From positions 22,382,001 to 22,446,000 of the forward strand of contig OZ024743.1 in NCBI GenBank assembly GCA_964016885.1: a DNA stretch of 64,000 bases. Reading direction: 5' to 3'. Below, in pieces: positions 42,501 through 54,316 of this stretch. The stretch is from Eledone cirrhosa (Eukaryota). The position numbers were made by a program, and so were the translations under genes. Numbering within the stretch: the first letter of the stretch is position 1; every line of letters begins with the position of its first letter. The notes below the pieces were generated by a model. It was not told where the DNA came from, did not search any database, and saw nothing but the letters and a program-made list of their open reading frames with translations.

Positions 42501-43432
42501 CCTTGTACTGTTTAACAGTATTGCAACATGTCTAGTGTGGCACCTTGTACTGTTTAACAGTATTGCAGCATGTCTAGTGTGACACCTTGTACAGTTTAAC
42601 AGTATTGCAACATGTCTAGTGTGGCACCTTGTACTGTTTAATAGTATTGCAACATGTCTAGTGTGGCACCTTGTACTGTTTAATAGTATTGCACCTTGTA
42701 CTGTTTAACAGTATTGCAGCATGTCTAGTGTGACACCTTGTACTGTTTAACAGTATTGCAACATGTCCAGTGTGACACCTTGTACTGTTTAATAGTATTA
42801 CAACATGTCTAGTGTGGCACCTTGTACTGTTTAATAGTATTGCAACATGTCTAGTGTGGCACCTTGTACTGTTTAATAGTATTGCAACATGTCTAGTGTG
42901 GCACCTTGTACTGTTTAATAGTATTGCACCTTGTACTGTTTAACAGTATTGCAGCATGTCTAGTGTGACACCTTGTACTGTTTAATAGTATTACAACATG
43001 TCTAGTGTGGCACCTTGTACTGTTTAATAGTATTGCAACATGTCCAGTGTGGCACCTTGTACTGTTTAACAGTATTGCAGCATGTCTAGTGTGACACCTT
43101 GTACTGTTTAATAGTATTGCAACATGTCCAGTGTGACACCTTGTACAGTTTAACAGTATTGCAACATGTCTAGTGTGACACCTTGTACTGTTTAATAGTA
43201 TTGCAGCATGTCTAGTGTGACACCTTGTACTGTTTAATCATATTGCAGCATGTCTAGTATGGCACCTTGTACTGTTTAACAGTATTGCAGCATGTCTAGT
43301 ATGGCACCTTGTACTGTTTAACAGTATTGCAACAAGTCTAGTGTGGCACCTTGTACTGTTTAACAGTATTGCAACACGTTCAGTCTGGCACCTTGTACTG
43401 TTTAACAGTATTGCACCTTGTACTGTTTAACA
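27553..43432. repeat. 42-bp minisatellite array, ~15.9 kb, roughly 375-380 units
   Basis: Consensus gtac(t/a)gtttaa(c/t)agtattgca(a/g)catgtc(t/c)agt(g/a)tg(g/a)cacctt; inverted blocks at 30556-30837 and 36652-36933. Confidence 0.99.
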
Positions 43433-45109
43433 CTTACATGGTTGTTTCAGCTGTGGAAAATAGAAACCAAATTTCTTTCAATTCACAGGCTACCATGTTT
43501 TAAAAAGACATTAGATAATATAGTCCAAGGTACACAATTCCTGAAAAAGGCTTGGATTAACATAGTTGGAATCCCTTTTCTCATAGATTTGCTAGATCAA
43601 GGATAAGCTGGGATTAAACAATGACAAATGATCGAGTAATTGACAAAAACTTCATTTATTTACAGCATGTGCTGAATGGCAAGAGCGTACATAAGTAAAT
43701 GAAGATTCTATTGATTGGTAGGGCCTAACACATATCATACAGTAAGTACAAAGACTTGAAATAGTGATGTTTAAATTCTAATTACATTCCTTTAAACATC
43801 CTTATTGATGCGATAATTTTCATTGTCAAACTATACACCTATTTATGTTGGGTCGCAAACCATCTCCAGTACCAACTGAAGACTGCCATGCATCAAGCAC
43901 TGACCAAGTACACATGTTCTTTTGTATCTAACTAGACAACTAGAATGAGTGAGCATGCATCCATTCATTAGTTCATTCAAGCATGCACACACACACAAAT
44001 TGTAGGTCGAAATTGATATAACACACCTTGAGTTGTATCATGTATTCCACATAAGAATACAACTAAGTAACTATTTAGCAATAGGGAACTCATACATTAC
44101 CACATTAATAATTTAGGAAAGATGTATTCCCAAAATTAGAAGGGCTAATCCCTAATACTGGGTATGACTGTTTTGTAAAAAACTAAAGCCTCTATTTATC
44201 ACATTTGGAAGTGGGAGAAGGATTGACAGGAGAGATTAATATCAGGAACAGCAGCTGGTGCTAAAACTAAATTGATATATAAATAGAAATTACAAATGTA
44301 TGTATGAACATGTGTGTATGTATGTCACAGATGAGTATTTCCCAGCAGGAACAGAGTCTACATTTTAGATATTGAATTAACATATTCCACCAGTTCTATC
44401 TGATAACATATATATATTCACACACATATATGTATATATATATAAACTGGGTGTAAGAGAAATCAGATGAAGTGAGCAAGGGAAAAGAATGTATTGGGAT
44501 TCACATATGATGCATATAGAGGACAGCAGCTGTATAAAAAAGTGCAGTACACTCAAAGTGAATAGAAACTGCAGAAGAGAAAGACTAAAGAAACAAGGGA
44601 TATAGTGGTAAAGACTAACCACAAAGCTAAACCTAACAACAGAGATGACAAAAGACTGTGATGATTGAGGACACAAGTTGCAGAAGGAAACTGCCTTCCA
44701 ATGCAAGAATGGTGAAACAAATTTTTAAATAGTGGTAGTATTGGAGGCTGGAAGTTTTATCTATATTTGAGCCTCCTGCCTAATTAGATTTTAAGTCTCC
44801 ATTGACCACCACATATTTGATTCCTTTATATCACTCACCCTCCCTCAAGCGCACATAACATAAGGATGATTATCTCTTCTCTCTGGCACTAACTCACACA
44901 GTCTACTATTCACTAACCAATGCCACTCATATAAACTTGGAGATTTTTTTCCTGTTTTTATCCAATTCCCCCACTGCCACCAACATTACCAGTCCACTCC
45001 TTCTTCCATCATGGATAACAGCAGGCATATTTGTACCCCATGCATCCTACTACAACCATCCCTAAACTGCCAGCAAACACTCTTTACCCTCAATCCAATT
45101 TGCATTGAT

Positions 45110-46231
45110 ACTCCATTTTATGTCCTAAATGCAAAGTATGGGTGCATAAAAGATGTAGTGGGATCACAGGTAAGCTAACTAAGAACATAGATTTTACATG
45201 TGGCCGGTGTTCTGGTGCAATAAGTAGCAGCAAGTGCCCACAAAATACTAGCTCTTTCAATTGCGCAGAGGGTTCTATAGAAATAGTGGACAGCTTCCGT
45301 TACCTGGGCGATAAAATCAGCAGTGGGAGAGGGTGCTCTGAAAGTACTGTAGCTAGAGTCAGAACTGGTTGGAAAAAGTTCAGAGAGCTTATACCACTAT
45401 TAGCTGCTAAAGGGTTCTCCCTAAAAATGAAAGGCAGGTTGTACGATGCCTGCATACGAACAGCAATGTTGCATGGCAGTGAGACCTGGGCATTGTGTGC
45501 AGAGGATATACGCAGACTAGAGAGGAACGAAGCTTGCATGCTCCGCTGGATGTGTAACAGTAATATACGTGAACGGCAAAGCATAAACGAACTAAGGAAA
45601 AAATTAGAGATAAGAGGGATCAGATGTTGTTTACTCGAGAGAAGGCTACGTTGGTATGGACACGTGATGCGCATGAAAGTCGATAGCTGTATAACAAAGT
45701 GCAGGGCAATAAAGATAGACGGTAGCCACGGAATAGGCAGACCTAGAAAAACCTGGGACGAGCTGATAAACTCCGACCTCACACACTTACACCTCTCCAA
45801 GACAATGTCACTGGACCGAGACCTTTGGCGGTACTCAGTAACAGAGAAGACTCGCCTTGCCAGTAGGCATCTCTAACAAAATACACGCCGTCCCGCCACC
45901 ACCCCCACCCCATCCACACCACCCCGTTCTATGTAAAGTTATGTTGGTGCCGCGCCATCCAGGCCGAAACAAATGAGATTGTGTAGGTGTCACGACAAAA
46001 AAACACACAGTCCACGCTGTAATGTGGCCGTGTAGGCAACACGGTAAAAACCTCCCAGACCCACACTGTAAATGTGGTTGGTGTTAGGAAGGGCATCCAA
46101 CTGTAGAAAACCTGCCAGACAGTCCTATGCGAGCAAGACAATCACTCTTGCCTCAAGTGGGACTACCCCCGTCCAAACCCATGCAAGCGTGGAACACGGA
46201 CGTTAAACGTTGATGATGATGATGATGATGA
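45110..46231 (+). mobile_element. 5'-truncated RTE-clade LINE with (TGA)n tail
   Basis: ORF 45142..45876: VDSFRYLG, LHGSETW, RRLRWYGHVMR, GRPRKTW; 3' UTR ends aacgttgatgatgat. Confidence 0.9.
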
Positions 46232-47618
46232 TATATCATCATTTCCAAACTAAAACATATGAGAAAGATATGATCATCTGATCTGTCTAGTTTCAGGTGA
46301 CAATCTGTCCAACCCATGCCAGTATGAAACAGAGGCATAAAACAGTGATGATGATATACATATGTGTAAATCCATAAATGTTATCATGGCACATTAAGGT
46401 GTTTATACTGGAGCCACAACAAAATGCACCCAGTCTACCATGAAAAGTGGTAGTGACAGACCCACAGTAAAATGTTTCCAATTCACATCAGCATTATGAA
46501 AGGCATTCTGCTATAGAAAACCAAGGCAAAAATTGAAGATACACGCAAGATGTGGTCATCTGACTTGTCTAGCTTCATAACAACAGTCCATCTAACCCAT
46601 GCAAGTATGGAAAATAGATGTTAACTGATGATGATGATTATATATCTATGTAGACAGATAATTGAGGAGAGAGTGAATTTATAAATACTAACTTGTAAAA
46701 TATGCAATGAAACAAAATTAAACAAATAAATGTAAACATTTTATGAAAGAGTATAGTGCCATATGTGTCCTTTTGAATGTTCACATTTTCATAGATTCCT
46801 TATAGCGACACATTTCAATAAGTTCAAGTGCAAATATATGCCTGCTATTGAACATAAGGCTAAATATCAATATATTGAAATGTTATTACTTCACATTTCA
46901 ATTTGTATACATTAGTAGCAAATCATGTATCTATTGGTATTTGTAACAGTACCAGAAGACAATAATATTTCACACTAATCATTCATTTTAGCACTTGATA
47001 TAAATCAACCATCATAAAAAAATAATCGAATTTTGGTGTTAGAAATAACAGTGAACCATTTTAAATATACATGGTCTGTTACTAATATAAACAAACAAAT
47101 TTATATATGAACTATAATCTGAAACTAGTATGGAGAATTACAATATTTTCTGCAATGGAGAGATATAAAATGTGTTTACATTCACAGCAAAGGTTATAAT
47201 TTAAAAATTGTAGCTATCCTCATCATCATAGTTTTTACATTCTCTTTTCTATGCTGGCATGGGTTGAACAAGCTGTTTTACAGCCAGATGCTCTTCTTGA
47301 CACCAATCCTTTTTAGTTTCCTCTTTGGACATGCCAAGATATTATGTAACTTTTCTAAAAACTGATATTGATGTAAATTTAAAATTTCAGATTACCCAAT
47401 CCATACTGTAAGTTAATGAATTAATTCACCATATTGCTAACAAATAGAGATTGGACAAGCAATTTACTGGTTTGTTTTTGATGCACATAAATAACTATGA
47501 GATACAAATCTCTATAAGGTGAAAATGAGAGTAGTTGTCTGATAAATCTTCAAATACAACTGAACCAGTAGCAAATTATAATTTAAAAAATGCAGGTATA
47601 CCTATATTTAAAACGTTA

Positions 47619-47621
<3 letters not shown>

Positions 47622-47690
<69 letters not shown>
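47622..47690. repeat. (GA)n microsatellite
   Basis: About 34 perfect GA units. Confidence 0.95.
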
Positions 47691-47695
<5 letters not shown>

Positions 47696-47749
47696 AGATC
47701 TGAATATGGAAGTGACCCTGCTCAAAAAGGAGTAGGCATAAACTCCTGA

Positions 47750-48856
47750 CAATGTACACAAGAGATGTAGTGGGATAACAGGTAGACGAATGAAAGGGAA
47801 GAGTTTATATGTAGAAAATTCACAGAAGAAATCGAGAGCAAGAGTTCTAATGATATAAATCTTTTCCAGCCACAGTAAGGGCCTATAAAAGTGGTTGATA
47901 GCTTCCACTATCTAGGTGATTTAATTCGCAGTGGAGGAAGGTGAAATGAGAGCATAATAGCTAGAATAAGGATAGGATAGAAAAAATTTAAAGGGCTACT
48001 CTCATTGTTGGTTACAAAAGGTTTAATAATAATAATAATAATAATGAAAATATTGTGTAGTGCTCAGGTGCACTACAACTCATCAAAAAGTGTATGTATA
48101 GTACATAGGGTACTGTATAATACAAACATCAGGAAAATGAACAGTGCATGAGTCATGATATACACATGTGTGCATGTGTATGGAAGGGGTACATCAGGTG
48201 TAGTTTTGGCGAATTTCGGGAAGCATGAGGGTTTTAAAGGATGCAGTGTCTCGGCAGCTAACAACTGACGCAGGCAGTTTGTTCCATGCTTCAGCAACTT
48301 TAAGCGTGAAAAAATGTTTCCGAAAGTCATGGGAGCTGTGCTGTTTTCTGATTTTGTAGGGATGTCCACGTGTGTTAGACACATGGAGATGAAAAAGGTC
48401 TCAGGCTTGTTGTTGGCGAGACCTGCTGCATGTCAGTGAAACATCAGCTGTGACTGCAAAGGACATGCAGAGACTGGACAGAAATGAAGCAACCATGTTT
48501 CGTTGGATGTGCAATGTAGATGTGAGAGAAAGGCAGAGCTTGGATGAACTGAGGAAAAAGGTGAGTTTAAGAGGAATTCAAGGTGGTGTGCAGGAGAGGA
48601 AATTGCATTGGTATGGGCATATGATGTGCATGGATGATGATCGCTGGGTGAAGATGTGCCAGGAAATCCCAGTTGAAGGAAGCTACAGTAGAGGTAGACC
48701 AAGAAAGACCTGGGAAGATGTGGTGAGAGCTGAACTCAGATCACTGAGACTCATGGAAGAGACTATGAAGGAACATAGCAAATGGAGGGATGCCATGTTG
48801 AGAAGGACCTATCCAACCTATGCAAGTGTGGAAAAGAGGATGTAAAAATGATGATG
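47750..48856 (+). mobile_element. Decayed RTE-clade fragment interrupted by a CR1/L2 insertion
   Basis: VDSFHYLGD...LLVTKG to the left of the insert; ORF 48450..48845 (LHWYGHMM, GRPRKTW) to the right; tgatgatg tail. Confidence 0.85.
48024..48421 (-). mobile_element. 5'-truncated copy of the CR1/L2-type LINE
   Basis: ORF 48194..48382 TRGH...FFTLKVAEAWNKLP; same 3' UTR and tail as the other copies. Confidence 0.95.
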
Positions 48857-51493
48857 TGTATCCCGGGTTCAATTGGAGGTAACCACAGTAAGTAAGGAAC
48901 TGAGCTTCCTTGCAAGAAGATGTCTATCTCCTTTATGCTGATCTCTAGTGAAAAATCTTTGAATGGTAAGGAAATCTTGTTAATCATTTCTCACTGGGTT
49001 AACCGAGAACAACTAGTGCCAAATTTTCAGCAAACAGAAGATTCGGAACTGGATTTCACCAATATAGAATAACATCACCATATTTCTTTGAATAAACACT
49101 GTAGTAAGACAGCAAAATATATTCTAAATAAAGTTGCAGGCTCAACTTTGCTTGACACCAAACCTGATAATAAAACTATCAAATAGTACAGTGGCCTCAG
49201 TATAGTCATAGAAGGAGAAAAAGAGCGTGAGCAGTCCTTCCCCTAGCAGAACAGCTCTGCTAAGTAAAATTTTAAAGATGTTTATGTAATTTTGTTCTCA
49301 ATGCTGTGACAGTATTTTTTCTTGATTGTATCATGCCATAATGCATTGTGATTAAATATTTCCTTTTTCAAAATCCGATATTCAAATTGTGGGTTAAAAT
49401 AAATTTGTAGATAATGCTATCTTATTGTAGTATTTTATTCTGATAACCATGTTTTACACTCAGGATCTCAAGTCCATTCTTTAATGTCATTATTTTTGTC
49501 TCATGAATTTGGTGCATATATTCTCTGAACAAAAGATTTTCATAAGAAATAGTGGGTTAGGCTATGAAATTATTTGTTTATCTCTCAACTAATGATGGCA
49601 GATAAATGGCCAATTCAGCTGGATTGCTTGCTTTGATGTATTTCATTATTGCATGCACTTCAAATGTTCCCTAGCTGTTCTTTGAAAGTTGTAATTAAAA
49701 CAGTAAAAATACATGGAACGACAATCATCACAACCACTCAATATGTGTGTGCATGTGTCTTCATAGATATATATATAAATTTGAATTTTACAATGTCTAA
49801 TATAATTTGTGTGTGTGTTTAAATATGTAAGTATGCATTTTTGTGAACATATACATTTTTCTATAAATTCTTCAATTGTTTCAGTTAAGGCTCAGCATGG
49901 CTCAAGTTAACTCTGTAAATGAGACCATGCTAAGGCACCACCATTAATAGTTTCAATGTCTTTTGTTCAAATAGTCTGGTGACAGTATGTGTTTATGTGT
50001 TATCAAAATTCTCCATCAACAACTTTCTTGTCAGCAACAGTCATCCTTTGATTGTGTCTATATCCCAAATAGGAGAAGGAGTTATGTACACTTGGTTTTC
50101 TCGTGTTGTTTCTAGACCACCATTTAAATACAACATGCCATGACCATTGTCTTGCAAATGAGAAACCTGCACTCTAGTGGTTGATACTTTTATATTTCTG
50201 TATATAAACACTTTAGTTGTTGGTTCATCAAATTTTTCTCTAATGGAAAAAAGCATATGAAAAATATTTCAGTCCTTATATTTTTCTTTAAAATCATTAT
50301 AAATAAGTGACTGAAGATGTTATGCTACCCATAGATTTACTGGTTCTAAATCTATGGACAAACCTATTTCTATATCTTGTATGTTTTCAGTAGGGAGTAC
50401 TGATTTCACCTTGGCAGAGAATGAAAAGGAATTTGTTACATATAAAATTGTTTCTCTATATATCTAAAACTATCTTTGTATCTATATTATTTTTCTCTTT
50501 TTGTCACTTTTCTTCCTTCTTTCTCCCTATTTTCTGCTGCTTTAGAATGAAGACATTTATACAGATAATATAACATAATTATCTAACTGACTCCCTACTG
50601 TTACATTGCTGAAAATGTTCAAAATACAGAAATAGGCTTGTCTTTTGATGTAGAAATAGGAAATATAAAAATTAAAACTATAAACAACATAACATCATGA
50701 GTGAGTTACTTAAAATGATTGCAAAAGAATGATAAGGAACAAAATAATGTTCATATGCTTTCCTTCCTTGAAACATGAATGAGTAAACAACTGAGCTGCT
50801 TATTTCATCATCATCATCATCACTGTTTAATGTCTGCTTTCCCTGCTAGCATGGATTGGATGTGTCTACATAGTAGACCTGCTTCAGTACTGATTTGGTC
50901 TGACATTCTAAACAGGCTGAGGAGTCTGCATGTTGGTTACGTGTCCTCATACATTCCATTGAGGGCACAGTTGTCATATTTTGATACAAACTGAAGGGTC
51001 CTCCTAACAACTTAATATATATATATATATATATTTATTATGAGGGAAATCAAAGAATATATATATATATATATTCTTAACAAAATGTACCCAGCCTACA
51101 CCATAAAATGATCATTTACGTGCTATGATAAAAAGCACCCAGTACACACTGTAAACGTGGTTGGTGTTTGGAAGGTCATCCAGCCATAGAAACCAAGTTA
51201 GAATCAGTTCTAATAATAATAATAATAATGAAATTATTGTGTACAGTGCTCAGGTGCACTACAACTCATCAAAGGTGCATGTATAGTACATAGAATAATG
51301 TACAAATGTCAGGAAAATAAACAGTGTATGAGTCATGATATAATAATAATGAAATATTGTGCACAGTGCCCAGGTGCACCACAACCCATCAAAAAAGTGT
51401 GTGTACAGTACATAGGGCAATGCACAATCATCAGTAAAATGAACAGTGCACGAGTCATGATACACACATGTGTGCATGTGTATGGAAGGGGCA

Positions 51494-54316
51494 CATCAGG
51501 TGTAGTTTTGGCGTATTTCGGGAAGCATGAGTGTCTTAAAGGATGCAGTGTCTCGGCAGCTAACAATTGACGCAGGCAGTTTGTTCCATGCTTCAGCAAC
51601 TCTGAGCGTGAAAAAAATGTCTGCGAAAGTCATGGGAGCTGTGCTGTTTTCTTATCTTGTAGGCATGTCCACGTGTGTTAGACACATGGAGATCAAAGAG
51701 GCGCTCAGGGTTGCAGTTGGCGAGATGGTTAAAAACTTTGTGGGTATTCACCAAGTCCATTGCCAGACGTCGGAGCCTCAATGAATCCATGCCCAGGGAA
51801 GCAAGGCGTTCAGAGTATGGTAGGTGTCTGATGGAGGGTATGCGCTTGGTTGCACGTCTCTGAACAGTTTCCAGGAGGTCAATGTTCTGAGCAAGATAGG
51901 GGTTCCAGACTGATGATGCGAATTCCAAGTGTGGTCGCACCATAGCTGTATACAGTTTTAAATAGATGGCTGGAGAGCGGCTAACAATGGTCTTGCTGAG
52001 TGATGCCAAGACACCCTCGGCCTTCTTGACAATCTTAGAGACATGCTTTGTCCAACGCAAATCGTTGCTGACAGTAATGCCCAGGTCACGTTCACAAGAG
52101 GACTTTTTGATGTCAGTGTTGTGGAGGGAGTATGTGGACGCTGGATTTTTCCTTCCAAAATGCATGGTGGTACACTTGTCCACAGCCAGCTTCAGTTGCC
52201 AGTCTGTGATCCATTGCTGCATTGTGTCCAGGTCTGATTGTAGGAAAGAGTTGTAAATTTCAGGATCAGTCCTTTTGATTTCAAGGTACAGCTTGATGTC
52301 ATCTGCATATTTTAGTACCGTGGCATTCTGTAAGTTGGCATCTATGTCATTAATATATGCCACAAACAAAAGAGGACCAAGAACAGATCCCTGTAGTACA
52401 CCAGATGACATCTCATATGGTGAAGAATGCTGTCCTAGAACCGTGACTACTTCCTTTCGGCTGAGAATGAAGGATTTCAGCCAGTCGAAAAGATCATCCC
52501 TCACACCCATTGCAGAGAGTTTTGCCATAAGTCTTTTGTGTGGCACAGAATTAAAAGCCTTAGCAAAGTCAAGGTAAACAACATCCACCCATGAGCCGCT
52601 ATCAGTGATCCGGGTGATGTCCTCAAGGAACTCGATAAGCTGATCACAGCAGCTGGAGTTAGGGATAAATCCAAACTGTGAGGGCCGGATGAGGCTGTGA
52701 GAGCTCCAGAAGTTCCAAAGTGTTTCTCTGACACAGGATTCCATCAGTTTGGCCATACAGCTAGTAAGACTGACTGGACGATAGTTGACAGGTGACATGC
52801 GATTGCCCTTTTTGAACAGGGGAATGACACTGGCAGTTTTCCACTGCTCCGGAGTAGCACCATTGCTGAGACAGTATTGAAAGAAAAAAGAAAGCTGGCG
52901 CAAAAGGAAATACCCGCCACGTTTGAGAAGCAGGTATGTCACACCATCAAGACCAGGGGAGGCATAGTTGCGCTTATTCTTAAGGTGACGTCGCAACATT
53001 GCAGGTGTAAATTCCATAGTTGTTATGGAATTTGATGTTAGAGATGGTGGAGATGGTACATTCTGGTTTTCAACAGTAAAAATACTTGCATAGCACTCAG
53101 CAATGAGTTCTGCGCATTCCTTGGGATCGTCAGTGATCTGGCTTGTGTGGGGATTGCGAAGAGGACCAACTGGAGAGTGAGGTCTCTGCTTTGAATGAAC
53201 ATATTTCCAGAACACCTTACTGTCAGGATTGGTTGCGATGCACTGTTCAAATTCAAGCACTGCCTTCTTTGTCACTTGCTTGAGATGGTTAGAAGATTTA
53301 TTCCGCTTTTTTCTGTTGGCATCTGATCTATGCAGTTTATATTCCCGTTCAGCGTTCCGACGTTCTTTCCTGGCAAGTCGGACCGCTGAAGTTTCCCAGA
53401 TTGCACTTTTGGGGTGGTTATTTTTCCGCTTCCGTGGCACTGATGCTGCACACGCTATCCATATTGAGTCCAGGATGCTCTGGAGTATAGAGTTCACATC
53501 TCCAGAGTTATACATCTCATGCCAGTTTGGGCGCTGTAGCTCAGTGCAAGTTCCAATCCGCCCTCTTCCAATCAAAGCAAGCAGATTGGAGATGGCTCTG
53601 GTTTTTGTTGCTGCCCTCAAGTGCCAGATTGACAATGATCATAGCATGATCAGAGTCGCCTAGAGGTTCCTCAGTAGTACAACTGATAACCACTTCAGGA
53701 GTAGTGGTGAAGATCAGGTCCAAAGTGTTGTCACCTCTTGTTGGAGAGGTGACTACTTGTGACCAGTTTGAGTCCAGCACTAGTTCAAGGAAATCGTTTG
53801 CACCCTGTGGCCAACGAAAGGTTTCCCAATCGATCTCAGGATGATTGAAGTCACCTGCAATAAACACATAAGTGGCTGTTTTCTTGGCAGCAACTCTGAG
53901 GATATCGCAAAGCTGTGTGTCCTGATGGTAGTTTGGGGGGCGATAAACAACACCAAGCAGAAGTGTTGACATGGTCATACGTATGTCACAGAAAAAAACT
54001 TCTTCCTGTGATTCGTTCAAATCAACGCAAGGAATTACCGAAAAGTTTGAACGAACGTAGACCATCACACCACCACCACGGCGGTTAATGCGGTCCTTGC
54101 GGAAAAGGTTGTACCTAGTAATGGTGAAAACCCCATCACAGAGTAAGGAATGTGCCCATGTTTCCGTGACTGTGATGAAGTCAGGGTCGATGCTTCTGAC
54201 GTAGGATTCGAACAGATGTATCTTGTTGCATAAACTGCGAGCATTTAAGGACAACAATTTGTACCCTGCTCGCAGTTTATGATGGTGTGTAGAGGGTGGC
54301 AGGTTGTTCTGGTTTA
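51494..54316 (-). pseudogene. LINE ORF2: APE endonuclease plus reverse transcriptase, two frameshifts
   Basis: LNARSL, TETW, GDFN, LDL, SDH (53541..54257); NYRPVSL, LDFAKAF, QGSVLGP, YADD (51593..53635). Shifts near 53548 and at an A7 run at 51611-51617 (A6 in the 48.3 kb copy). Confidence 0.92.

Noticed and set aside
27553-43432. CRISPR-like array
   Set aside because: Units are contiguous with no unique spacers, no cas genes are present, and the context is eukaryotic.
50041-50256. 71-aa minus-strand ORF as a possible exon
   Set aside because: No recognisable homology, ends in a stop, no convincing donor.
50328-50600. 11-bp hairpin (ccatagattta/taaatctatgg) and 11-bp inverted pair cagtagggagt/actccctactg as a MITE
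   Set aside because: Short matches, no TSD and no second copy in the window.
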